Shown here piece by piece: positions 9,591 to 18,754 of a stretch of 64,000 bases of DNA. The DNA is taken from the sequence record NC_061442.1. One strand, written 5' to 3'. The notes below the pieces were generated by a model, which worked only from the letters and a program-made list of their open reading frames with translations, was not told the DNA's origin and searched no databases. Position 1 is the first letter of the stretch. Each line of letters begins with the position of its first letter. The translations under genes and the position numbers were made by a program.

Positions 9591-10100
9591 TTAGTCCTCG
9601 ATATAGTTTACGAGCATACCAATGTGAGTAGTAATCATCGTTTTCTGCTCTACAGTGAGATCGGCAAATGCTGGAATATTTGGGTATTGTCCCTTCATTG
9701 CGAGATAGATCGTTTGAATATCAGAAGTCTTCTCCGCCTGACCCCGATAGATAATGCAGTCACGGAAGATATACGACATTGGTCTGCCGAGCGGATTGTG
9801 TTGAGGCTCAATCCTGTCAATAGCCACTAACACTATCGTACTGCCAAAGAGACTACGCAGCTCCTCAAGAGTCTCACCGTAATTGACACCTTCAAGGGAA
9901 TACGTTTCATACGTCGCGTCAACAGTGCTTGTTGCTGCACCGCCCAGGCTGATATCCAGGCGCAGGTCTATCTTCGTGCATTGGTCACGCATATCTGGAT
10001 GCGTAGTAAGAGTAAAGCCCTTCTCCTTAAGGGCTTCGCGCAACATCATCGGCAGTTCGAGACTTCCTGGGACGTGCTGCGGTTTATCATTTAGGTTCAT
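9591..10100 (-). CDS. Hypothetical protein
   Basis: 169 aa, coupled to the helicase stop; SD GAGG. Confidence 0.65.
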   Translation of the reverse strand: MNLNDKPQHVPGSLELPMMLREALKEKGFTLTTHPDMRDQCTKIDLRLDISLGGAATSTVDATYETYSLEGVNYGETLEELRSLFGSTIVLVAIDRIEPQHNPLGRPMSYIFRDCIIYRGQAEKTSDIQTIYLAMKGQYPNIPAFADLTVEQKTMITTHIGMLVNYIED

Positions 10101-11701
10101 CAGAGTCGCCTCATACCTAAGTTAGATGGCTGGCCTTTCACACGCGCTTCTGGTTCAAAGAAGTCAGGCAGTTCTCCATCGAGCGCTTCTTCTCTCGACA
10201 CAACTCCCATCCAGTCACGCAGTTTCTTCGGTGTACGTTTCGCTTTCGCGTAGCCAAATTTCCAGCACATCTTCAACACAGAGCGAGCACACTGCATCGA
10301 GCGGTCCATCTTTTGATCGATGAACATGCGTATGACTGGAGTGCGCTTACCTTCCATTGGTGTCAGAATACGACACGACTCCTGTTTCCAGTTCGGCTCG
10401 TTATTCATTGGCATGATGTAGTACAGCGTGTCCCACTTCGGAACGTTCAGGCCACGCTGCATCAGCTTACGCATACCGACGACACAACGAATCTTACCTT
10501 CACGCGCTGCATCAATGATTGGCTTACGACGCTTCGCCTCTTTCGCACCACCGAGGAACACGGCTGCGACTTCTTCCATGTAATGCTCATTGATACGCTG
10601 CACAAGGCGCCGTGCCTGATCAGTGAACATAATCGGTATCGCAATGCTTCGTCCTGCATCGAGATCTTTGATAACCCACTCAAAGATTTTGTCGTTACGA
10701 TCAGGATGGTTGGCAAGGAACTTACAGAAACGAACCCATCCAGCTTTCCCGTTATACTGCGCACGAGTCTGCACTTTCTTCGAGGTCTTATGCAGCGTTA
10801 CTTTCGGCACAAGCTCTTCCACGAAGGCTTCTGCAATCACAGGCCCGAAGATTGATTCGATCAGGTAGTGACGTCCATCTTTACGCTTAGGAGTTGCAGT
10901 CAGACCGAAACGATACTTCATCTTGAGAGATGCCAGTGTGCGACTATAGCAGCTCGCGTTACCAGCATGACATTCATCGACGAACAACGTACCGTAGTTT
11001 TCGTTCAGAAGTTTCAGGCGCTTCTTCGAGTTCTTACTGTCCGAGATAAGTGACTGGTAAGTAACGAGGATGATCTGAAAGTTCTTGTAGTCGTCGAGAG
11101 TCTTTGGGAAGCCGTACAGCTTCTTACCATGCTTCTCTTCCAACTCAGGCAGGTTCGTCATCTGCTCGATAGTTTCAAGAAACCCATCGAGGAAGTCTTT
11201 CTGGTCAGCCATAATGACTGTACGGAATCCAGAGTGACAGGCACCAGCAGTACCGATAACTGTCTTACCAGAACGCGGGGGTGCTTTGAACACACCACAC
11301 AGTTCGCCGAACATCTTCTCGAACGGCTCTTCCTGATAGTCACGCAGCTTACCAGTGAACTTCACTTTGTAGTCATACGGCACACGGCTTGTACCATTGA
11401 CGAACTTTACTTCTTTCAGGCTTAACCCTGCCGTACGTTCGAAGCGGTGCATCTCTCCGTAAGGAATCGAAACGTAACGCTTACCCTTGATATCAGAGTA
11501 TTTAGCCAACACGGTTATATCAACCAGACCACCCTTCGAACATTGACGGCATTCTTCGGACGGACGTATAGAACGAAACTCACAGTTCTTACAAGCGGCG
11601 TTGTCGAACTCATAGTGAGTCATCTTCTTAATGATGTTGTCAGCGTCTACATGCGTAACAGGAATATGCAGACGGCTATCGACCAGTACCTTGGCTGTCA
11701 C
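10100..11701 (-). CDS. uvsW: Superfamily 2 DNA helicase, UvsW-like, with N-terminal CxxC-CxxC
   Basis: LRDYQ, APPRSGKT, VDECH, GLTATPKRKDG, RGLNVP, QESCRILT; CKNC...CRQC. Confidence 0.85.
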   Translation of the reverse strand: MTAKVLVDSRLHIPVTHVDADNIIKKMTHYEFDNAACKNCEFRSIRPSEECRQCSKGGLVDITVLAKYSDIKGKRYVSIPYGEMHRFERTAGLSLKEVKFVNGTSRVPYDYKVKFTGKLRDYQEEPFEKMFGELCGVFKAPPRSGKTVIGTAGACHSGFRTVIMADQKDFLDGFLETIEQMTNLPELEEKHGKKLYGFPKTLDDYKNFQIILVTYQSLISDSKNSKKRLKLLNENYGTLFVDECHAGNASCYSRTLASLKMKYRFGLTATPKRKDGRHYLIESIFGPVIAEAFVEELVPKVTLHKTSKKVQTRAQYNGKAGWVRFCKFLANHPDRNDKIFEWVIKDLDAGRSIAIPIMFTDQARRLVQRINEHYMEEVAAVFLGGAKEAKRRKPIIDAAREGKIRCVVGMRKLMQRGLNVPKWDTLYYIMPMNNEPNWKQESCRILTPMEGKRTPVIRMFIDQKMDRSMQCARSVLKMCWKFGYAKAKRTPKKLRDWMGVVSREEALDGELPDFFEPEARVKGQPSNLGMRRL

Positions 11702-11703
11702 AT

Positions 11704-12255
11704 CTATTTCCTTTGATTCGGCAGACCGTACTCACGCTGATTAATCAAGTTCATCGTATCGACCAGCGCACGGTATGCAAACCCACACTTGTCGATATCC
11801 TTGATATAAAGGTCTAACTCTTCCTTGAGCAAATCAAGCTGATCAGCGTAACGGTAATACTCCGCCATAATGTTTCTGACACAACGCTCACGCTCTTTGG
11901 CGGCGCCGACGGCTTTCAGATCTCGTGCATAGGTTACCGAGGCATAATCCTGAAAACGTTCCAGCATATCATTTAACAGTTTCGAGGCTGCGTGGACATG
12001 CGTCATGATTTCAGTCATACGGCTTCGATAAGACTGATCTTGAATTATCGACTCCGCTACCTTGTTAAGAGCATTAGGGTCACCAGTCACATTCAGCGTT
12101 CTGACCTTGCGCATCTTAAACAGCTTACGCGCTTCGTCCTGATACTCTGCCAGAGGCATCTGAAACAGGTCATTGGTCTTGTAGATATCGCGCAACTTCT
12201 TATAGCGCTTATCTTCCTTGACCTTGAGTCGTATACGCTTTAGGTCATCCATCAA
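11704..12255 (-). CDS. Helical protein, possible UvsY-like recombination mediator
   Basis: All-helical; C-terminal LYIKDIDKCGFAYRALVD resembles T4 UvsY ALDAIKSRGFAIKHIQD (from memory); adjacent to uvsW-like gene. Confidence 0.45.
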   Translation of the reverse strand: MMDDLKRIRLKVKEDKRYKKLRDIYKTNDLFQMPLAEYQDEARKLFKMRKVRTLNVTGDPNALNKVAESIIQDQSYRSRMTEIMTHVHAASKLLNDMLERFQDYASVTYARDLKAVGAAKERERCVRNIMAEYYRYADQLDLLKEELDLYIKDIDKCGFAYRALVDTMNLINQREYGLPNQRK

Positions 12256-12686
12256 TCGCCTCTATCGGTTACAAGCAGTGGACTGTCAGGAGTCTTATGA
12301 GGCATGGCAAAGAAACTTCCATGCTCGTCACGATAGATCAACAGACCACCAGACGGCCCTTCAATCGGGCAGGTGAAGTTAAAGAGTTTTTCTAGTGGTG
12401 GCATATATCCCACAGACACATCGTTAAACGTACACCACTTCGCAGATATCTCCAGCATAGAACCAACAACAGTGTCAGCCAAACGCAGGTATGATTGTTT
12501 GAAGTGGTAGCTGTGTTCGATAGGAGCAACGCTATCAATCGTTAACTCAGTACCATACACCGCTTTATAAATTAGGCAGAAACGTCTGCGTCCCCGAGGG
12601 GCATTCGGTATTTCATACAACACATCATGTATGAGAGATGAAACGTCCCCAGAGAGGACGTTTTTCTTGACAACGAGTGTCGTCAT
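12252..12686 (-). CDS. Hypothetical protein
   Basis: 144 aa, ATGA-coupled on both sides. Confidence 0.6.
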   Translation of the reverse strand: MTTLVVKKNVLSGDVSSLIHDVLYEIPNAPRGRRRFCLIYKAVYGTELTIDSVAPIEHSYHFKQSYLRLADTVVGSMLEISAKWCTFNDVSVGYMPPLEKLFNFTCPIEGPSGGLLIYRDEHGSFFAMPHKTPDSPLLVTDRGD

Positions 12687-13861
12687 GCTGGCAGGTAACC
12701 GAAGTATAGCAGAGTGTGCGTGTCGAACTTATAGTTCAGGCTGAACGCATTCAACGAGTTGATGCTGCTACCGTGGAAGCCCATGTTATGCCGTTCTTCA
12801 CGCCCGATGTTACGCAGCAACTCACGGATGATACGCATGTCGAGAGAGGTGGTGAACTCTTTCTCAATCGGCTTCGCCAGTTTCAGGCTGTCCTGTACGC
12901 TACCACTATCGTTACCAAACTTGAGTCGGAACTCTTGTTTCTTAACATGCAGCTTCGCGTTCGTGTTGCCTTTCTTCTCAATCAGCGTCGAGATGTTAGC
13001 AAACGGTGCAGACAGGTCACCTTTGATTACGCAACCCAGAATAGGTTTACCGAGCTGTGCAATCATGTTGTCCATATAGCGATAGTCTTCATCGCTCGCC
13101 TGAATCGGAGGCAGAGTCAGAACGAACGATTCGGCTTCGGCAGCAAACGATGTGCTGTCAACATGGAACGTTACCTTTTCTTCGCCGCAGAAGCGATAGA
13201 CAAGGTCGAACATCTCACCTGTCATGCTGAAACGGAATGCAGGCACTTTCTTCTTCAACTCGAAACGATAACGAGATGAAGTCCAGTGCCCAGGACTGAC
13301 TAGGCTAAGGCTCTTACCGTCGCAGATAACACGACACATAACAGTCTGTCCTGTGATGGTATCTTTCAGACGAGTCAGCTTGACACCCTGAGTCATCGCG
13401 TCGATTACTTCACGCGTCATCTCATGACCACCTTCGATATGGTGATGCAGACCCTGTTCAACCATCGGAATTTGTTCGGCAGATACTGGGCGCAGTTTCA
13501 CTTCTGCTTTGTATTTGCCTTTCTGCTCGCTGATGTTCAAGACTTTACCATCGAACTCAACGCTCAGTTCCTTACGCTTGTTAATCAAGCCAGTCAACTG
13601 AATCGGGTCGATGTTCATGATTGTATCAGCGTCAGCAGTTGCACCAGGAACAAGGTACGCTACGAACGTGTCAGGAGTACGGCCCAGCACGAACACGTCA
13701 GACTTATACGTTACCAGCAGATGGATATGCGTCAACTTATCGTCCGACTCAGAGAAGCGCGTCACAAGGTCAACACGTTTCAGAATATCCGACAGGAACG
13801 TACCGTTCAATGTCAGGTTGCACTTCTTAGCGGGATTCTTCGGCAGTCGGCAAGTCTTCAT
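12683..13861 (-). CDS. dnaN: DNA polymerase sliding clamp, bacterial beta-subunit-like
   Basis: 392 aa (three-domain beta-clamp size); repeated beta-alpha units; LSLVSPGHW at the position of the beta VATDGHRL; next to the DNA polymerase. Confidence 0.65.
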   Translation of the reverse strand: MKTCRLPKNPAKKCNLTLNGTFLSDILKRVDLVTRFSESDDKLTHIHLLVTYKSDVFVLGRTPDTFVAYLVPGATADADTIMNIDPIQLTGLINKRKELSVEFDGKVLNISEQKGKYKAEVKLRPVSAEQIPMVEQGLHHHIEGGHEMTREVIDAMTQGVKLTRLKDTITGQTVMCRVICDGKSLSLVSPGHWTSSRYRFELKKKVPAFRFSMTGEMFDLVYRFCGEEKVTFHVDSTSFAAEAESFVLTLPPIQASDEDYRYMDNMIAQLGKPILGCVIKGDLSAPFANISTLIEKKGNTNAKLHVKKQEFRLKFGNDSGSVQDSLKLAKPIEKEFTTSLDMRIIRELLRNIGREERHNMGFHGSSINSLNAFSLNYKFDTHTLLYFGYLPA

Positions 13862-14123
13862 CTCTATCCTCTAAAACAAATTGTAGTGTGCCATGTATAT
13901 TTACAGCTTCAAGGCGCTTACCTGTTGGCATAAGCAGACCGTTCAACAGGCCAACGAAGTCAGCGCTGTAGCAGTCTGGAGCGATCTGGTGGACGTAGAT
14001 ATCGTCAGGAACATCCTGAGGATTAAGCTGCCAAGCAGTACGCAAGGCAGCTCCCATGAAAGCAGGACGCTCGACCAGATGCCTGTTCAGAAACGAACAA
14101 ATATCTTCGGCGCTTAACGTCAT
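13827..14123 (-). CDS. Hypothetical protein
   Basis: 98 aa, ATGA-coupled to polymerase stop; VGLLNGLL motif. Confidence 0.55.
   Translation of the reverse strand: MTLSAEDICSFLNRHLVERPAFMGAALRTAWQLNPQDVPDDIYVHQIAPDCYSADFVGLLNGLLMPTGKRLEAVNIHGTLQFVLEDRDEDLPTAEESR
13898..13906 (-). promoter_or_regulatory. Phage promoter motif CTGTAAATA
   Basis: Exact motif 37 nt upstream of the clamp start. Confidence 0.65.
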
Positions 14124-17100
14124 TTCTTGCTGATCCCCTTAATTGCATTCTTGAGAAGGGACTTGCTGATTTTGATTTTCTTCGGAGCACTTTCACCAGC
14201 AGAGGCTGCGGCTTTCTTAGCGGCTTCTTCTGCTTTATATTTCTCGAAGGTCTTGGTGTTCTTAGGAAGCTCGGCAAGCCATTCTTTGACGTTCTTCTTA
14301 TCCTTGTTGGTAAGAGGATTGACTTTGTCCATCGACCGAATCTTAATGTCGTTAGCCCAAAGCTGTTTCTTCATCCAATCGGACATAAGGTGATACTGGT
14401 CCTGCATGATGCTGTCAACAGTCTTGTCAACATCAAGGTCCTTCTCACCAAGCTCGTCACGTTTAATGATCAAGCCGTCTTTGATAAGTTTGTGGAGCTG
14501 AACATAAGAGAAGTTCCAGCCCTGCACATCTTTCTCGGACGCTCCAATCTCAAAGTCAATCTCAGGAACGGACGTGAACTCAAACCCTTCATGACGCTTC
14601 TGCACAACTTCGACCACTGCACTGGTCATCGCACGTTCGATCATATCAAGCGCAAGGAAGATCCATTTGTAATCGCAGTCTACGGTCAAGGAGTCGTGTA
14701 CAGATACGTTCATGTCGAAGTCAGGATAGTCGCCATTAGCTCTCCAGTATTCAAACTTCATGCGGTCCAGAATACGAATCGCGGACATCATCAAGTCAGA
14801 GCCGAAGCCCTGTACTGGACTGTTTACCGCACGACGGTCACAAGCGGCATGAACCATGTTCGCTTCTTTGTGTGACTCAGGCAGCATCAGGCCCCATAGA
14901 TGACGACGACGACCAACTGGAGATTCGACATAGAAGTTCTCGTGTGCAAACTTCTTGATTTTGTCGAACCATTTTAAGCCAACAGGGAAACGTGTTAAGA
15001 ACTTGCCTTTGATTTCTGCAATCTCTTTCACGTCACGGCCAGTAGACTTAGCAAGACCTTTATCACCCTGCTGATAAATCAAGCCGAAGATAACTGTCTT
15101 AACCGCGTTACGTACGGACTTGGTTACATACATTACGTTTGGAATACCGAAGAAGTATGCGGCGTTGATTTTGTGAACGTCACCCTCTGCTTCGACGCGG
15201 TGTTCAATCCACGGGTCAGGTACTGTACGGAAACGATGACGTAACTTACGGCCTTGCTCGAATACGTCTGCAACGCCTTGGTCACCTGAGATGATCGACC
15301 AGCCCCTTACTTCGTGGGCTGAGTAGTCGACCTTGATTAGTAAGCGATTTCGACGTGCAATCAAGATACGCTTGATCAGTTTACCCATCTCACTACGGCT
15401 CGGTACCTGCTGCAAGTTCGGGTCAGACGCTGAGGTACGACCCGTTACAACTCCAAGATAACCATACGTCGGTCGGATTGATCTATCGTGTTTGAAGTCT
15501 TCCGATTCGCCCCAGAGTTTAAGCAGGCTGTTAACGTAGGCGTTCTTGAGCTTGTACGCCTTTCCGAGTTTCGAGTAGAGAGCAACAAGCGGTATATCTG
15601 CATACGCCGCCTGGAAGTCCTTGTCCAGCTTGCCTGTCTTCTTACCGTTCTCACGTAGCTGTTCCCCTTCTTTCAGAGGCTTGAGTTTCATCACATCGAA
15701 GAACAGGATTTGCTTATGCTCTGACTTCGACATATCAAACTTCGTCACCTCAACACGCCCCATAAGACCCATCTTAGGAACGTTGTCGTCTTGGCAAATC
15801 AGTTTGTTCGCAGCCTTGACCTCGGGGCTGTTCATGAACTCACGCTCTACGTTTCGAATCTCCTCGTTGATAGGGCTATTCGGCAGGTTGAGCTTAAACA
15901 GGTAGTCGATATCGGCACCAGCGCCTGTCGTCTCCAGAATCGAGAACGCATGAATCTGGTCGGAGATTTGCTCACTAACCATCGACTCATACTTGGCGTA
16001 CTTGATATCGTTCGCACGAAGCATCTGCTTCTCTGCAATACGGAACGGCACGATAACGTCGAGGCCTGCGTATTCCTGAACGCTTTCGTCCAAGTCAACG
16101 TCTGCAATCGTCGCTCGCATTTCTTTACCGAATGATACTTCATGGTACACCTGACAGCCATACTGCATTGTCAGGTTCGCTAAGTTGTAGTAACCAGCGC
16201 CAGTAACGTTAAGCAATGACTTCGCGTTTTCATCGTTCGCAAATTCACCTGCCTGAATATCCCAGACGTTCGCTGCGTAACTACGAATGCCAAAGTTGGA
16301 GCGCATTACGTTCAGGTCGAACTTCGCGTTGGTATAGATCTGATACTTGTTGGAGTTATCCTCGAAGTAGTCTTTCAACATCGAGCTGACTTTACGCAAC
16401 TCTTTAGGAGTAAACGGGCTGTCGCGGTGATAGATTGGAATGACATACGCCTTCTTGCCGTCACAAGAAAGCTGTACCGTCAGAATCTTATTCTTGATTC
16501 GATTCAGGTTCTCTGTTTCGGTATCGACTGCAACCTTCTTGGCGCGCTTCATACGCTTCAAGATTTTCTCAAGTTGCTTGACCTTCGTTACATACACAAG
16601 GTCCCAGTTACGCTTCTTACCGCACGTAACCTCGTCGATCTTATAACGCATTCCCTTGTTCAACCATGGCAACATCCAACGTGCCATGTAGCCTAACGTG
16701 TACGATGACCCTTTGATGTGCATTGGGTTCAATACTGTATGATAGCTCACGTTCGGCAGATGGATGAAGCTATGCTTCTTACCATCACTCTTAACCTTAG
16801 TGGGAATCTCGACACCGTACCAATGCTCGTAGTGGTCTTTCGAGAATTGAATCTTCTCGTTGTTCAGCGCCTTGAACGGTGCCTTACCGAACGTCAAAAC
16901 ATAGTCAGGCTTATAGCTGACGATGATCTCACGAATACGTTCGGCGAATGCTGCATCAGCGTCTTCCTTAAACTGTTCACCCTTATCATAGGTTTTGAAC
17001 ATGTTATACGAGATAACAAGGAAGCTCCAGTCGTCGAGAGTGGTCTTGACCGGAAACGTATCTTCAAGATACTGCATCTGGTTCAGAAACAACTCACCTT

Positions 17101-17290
17101 CGGTTGAAGTAAAGATCTTACCGCTGCGCAAGTCTTCGGTGGGCATATGGTCGAGGACGAGTAGTGCTTTACCGCCTTTAGCGCTTTTACTTACGCTTTT
17201 CAGAAGTCGAACACCGTCATAGGTCTGCATGTCTGCAAACTGCTCCGGCGGGTCGAAGTCAAGAGCTATAAACTTGGGTTTGTTCACCAT
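14120..17290 (-). CDS. polA: Family A DNA polymerase: UDG-like N-terminal domain + 3'-5' exonuclease + polymerase
   Basis: Exo VAVDTET, NAKFDL, YAGLD; pol TGRTSASDPNLQQVP, motif A DYSAHEVR, motif B RNAVKTVIFGLIY, motif C VHDSL; N-terminal KPDYVLTFGKAPFKAL resembles family-4 UDG. Confidence 0.95.
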   Translation of the reverse strand: MVNKPKFIALDFDPPEQFADMQTYDGVRLLKSVSKSAKGGKALLVLDHMPTEDLRSGKIFTSTEGELFLNQMQYLEDTFPVKTTLDDWSFLVISYNMFKTYDKGEQFKEDADAAFAERIREIIVSYKPDYVLTFGKAPFKALNNEKIQFSKDHYEHWYGVEIPTKVKSDGKKHSFIHLPNVSYHTVLNPMHIKGSSYTLGYMARWMLPWLNKGMRYKIDEVTCGKKRNWDLVYVTKVKQLEKILKRMKRAKKVAVDTETENLNRIKNKILTVQLSCDGKKAYVIPIYHRDSPFTPKELRKVSSMLKDYFEDNSNKYQIYTNAKFDLNVMRSNFGIRSYAANVWDIQAGEFANDENAKSLLNVTGAGYYNLANLTMQYGCQVYHEVSFGKEMRATIADVDLDESVQEYAGLDVIVPFRIAEKQMLRANDIKYAKYESMVSEQISDQIHAFSILETTGAGADIDYLFKLNLPNSPINEEIRNVEREFMNSPEVKAANKLICQDDNVPKMGLMGRVEVTKFDMSKSEHKQILFFDVMKLKPLKEGEQLRENGKKTGKLDKDFQAAYADIPLVALYSKLGKAYKLKNAYVNSLLKLWGESEDFKHDRSIRPTYGYLGVVTGRTSASDPNLQQVPSRSEMGKLIKRILIARRNRLLIKVDYSAHEVRGWSIISGDQGVADVFEQGRKLRHRFRTVPDPWIEHRVEAEGDVHKINAAYFFGIPNVMYVTKSVRNAVKTVIFGLIYQQGDKGLAKSTGRDVKEIAEIKGKFLTRFPVGLKWFDKIKKFAHENFYVESPVGRRRHLWGLMLPESHKEANMVHAACDRRAVNSPVQGFGSDLMMSAIRILDRMKFEYWRANGDYPDFDMNVSVHDSLTVDCDYKWIFLALDMIERAMTSAVVEVVQKRHEGFEFTSVPEIDFEIGASEKDVQGWNFSYVQLHKLIKDGLIIKRDELGEKDLDVDKTVDSIMQDQYHLMSDWMKKQLWANDIKIRSMDKVNPLTNKDKKNVKEWLAELPKNTKTFEKYKAEEAAKKAAASAGESAPKKIKISKSLLKNAIKGISKK

Positions 17291-17329
17291 CTAGTCCTAT
17301 CAAAGTGTGTATCACAATATGATGGCAGT

Positions 17330-17338
17330 TATTTACAG
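17330..17338 (-). promoter_or_regulatory. Phage promoter motif CTGTAAATA
   Basis: Intergenic, right after a terminator, 40 nt upstream of the polymerase start. Confidence 0.75.
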
Positions 17339-17349
17339 ATTTAGAAATG

Positions 17350-17376
17350 AAAAAGGGCACCCTAAGGCACCCTTTT
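17350..17376 (-). terminator. Intrinsic terminator
   Basis: GGGUGCC-UUAG-GGUGCCC-type stem with G-U pairs plus U5. Confidence 0.75.
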
Positions 17377-17397
17377 GGATTATATTACACAGCGATA

Positions 17398-18135
17398 TTA
17401 CATGCGAAGTTCGGCAGCAGTGCGCTCGCCTTTCTTGGCGGCAGCGGCAATCTCAGCGTCAGTAGCATCCTTAGTGGCAAGGAGCTTGATGACGTTTTTG
17501 ATTGATCGCAGTTCGCCCAACTGTATTTGGACTTTCTTGACCTTTTTGAGATGATCACCAACGAAGGTCATCAGCCAGCCTTTCTGCTGCATGACAACAG
17601 CCACTTCCAGTTTCTTATACTGGAAGGAGAACTGCTTACCAGAAGCATATAAGAACTTACCAGTACCAGCCACAGGCTCAACAGCACGAATGAACTCAGG
17701 CGCATAGTCCTGTGCGTTTTGACTACGCAAGGAAGAGAACGCAGGAGAGAACGTAGTTGTGGTCGCTACAGCTTTACTTGCGCGTACGGGCTTCCCCAAG
17801 GTAGCATTCGCAGCTTCAGGTTTAACCTTGATGGCACGAAGCGCGTTGATGGTGGCCACCAGCGTCTTCGCCTTATACAGGTTCTTGATTGCAGTCACAG
17901 CGCTCTTGCCCGCAGCTTTCTTAGCAAAGGCCGTAGTGGCGTCAGTGTCTTTCAGAATGTCGAGAATGATTTCGAGCTTGGATGTGTCCAGCTCTTTGAT
18001 CTTCGTCAACTCGTCGATACGCTTGATCAACACTTTGGCATTCTTGCCAAAGAGGATATCTGCGTTGGCTACTTGAGCTTTGGTGGCCGCAGAGATAGAC
18101 ACAACTGCACCACTATTCATCGTCATGTTATACAT
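17398..18135 (-). CDS. Basic Lys/Ala-rich protein with VVSISA leader; probable internal head protein
   Basis: 245 aa, SD AAGGAA; leader motif shared with other ORFs. Confidence 0.55.
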   Translation of the reverse strand: MYNMTMNSGAVVSISAATKAQVANADILFGKNAKVLIKRIDELTKIKELDTSKLEIILDILKDTDATTAFAKKAAGKSAVTAIKNLYKAKTLVATINALRAIKVKPEAANATLGKPVRASKAVATTTTFSPAFSSLRSQNAQDYAPEFIRAVEPVAGTGKFLYASGKQFSFQYKKLEVAVVMQQKGWLMTFVGDHLKKVKKVQIQLGELRSIKNVIKLLATKDATDAEIAAAAKKGERTAAELRM

Positions 18136-18144
18136 CGTAGTTCC

Positions 18145-18711
18145 TTAGCGTTTCTTGGTCCAGTTGGAGTTCTGTTTGCCTTGCTGCTGATTGTTCTGCA
18201 CAGGCTGCTGGGCGTTTTCCGTTTCTTCTTCTGTCTCAACGTCATCTTCTTCCTCGTCGATGACTGGCTTAGCTTCTGGCACAGGTGCCTGCGTCTGCGT
18301 GTTGAGCGATGTTGCAGTTAGAGGTGCTGCCTGCAACGTATTTACAGCAGCTACGGGTTCCTGCACGGCAACCTTACGCGCTTGAGCAACTTCACCTACT
18401 GCGTGTTCGTGGACCAGATCGACAGTCACGAGCTGACCTTTCTCTTTCAAGATTTCATCAGCTCTTGCTTGGTCCCATTGGTCCCAAAGAATGTCCAGAC
18501 CTTTGTGCATGTAATTCATGCCCTTCGGCAGCTTACCGCGACCGTTGAAAGGTAGGCCGTTCGAAGGAGTGGCTGGCTCAAACTCGTCCATCATCTCCCA
18601 CTTACGTTTCGCTTCAATACACTTCGGTCCCCATACACCGTCACACAAACCATCATAGAGTCCCATCATGGTCATGATCAGCTGGAGCTTTTGGTAGAAC
18701 TTGTTTAGCAT
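18145..18711 (-). CDS. Protein with peptidoglycan-binding-like N-terminus and low-complexity tail
   Basis: GLYDGLCDGVWGPKCIEAKRKWE matches the PG_binding_1 DG.xG..T..A pattern; acidic then Q/N-rich C-terminus. Confidence 0.5.
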   Translation of the reverse strand: MLNKFYQKLQLIMTMMGLYDGLCDGVWGPKCIEAKRKWEMMDEFEPATPSNGLPFNGRGKLPKGMNYMHKGLDILWDQWDQARADEILKEKGQLVTVDLVHEHAVGEVAQARKVAVQEPVAAVNTLQAAPLTATSLNTQTQAPVPEAKPVIDEEEDDVETEEETENAQQPVQNNQQQGKQNSNWTKKR

Positions 18712-18728
18712 TGTCGTTCTCCTAAGAG

Positions 18729-18747
18729 AAAGGGGCCGAAGCCCCTT
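18729..18747 (-). terminator. Intrinsic terminator
   Basis: AAGGGGC-UUCG-GCCCCUUU. Confidence 0.8.
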
Positions 18748-18754
18748 AGTCTAA

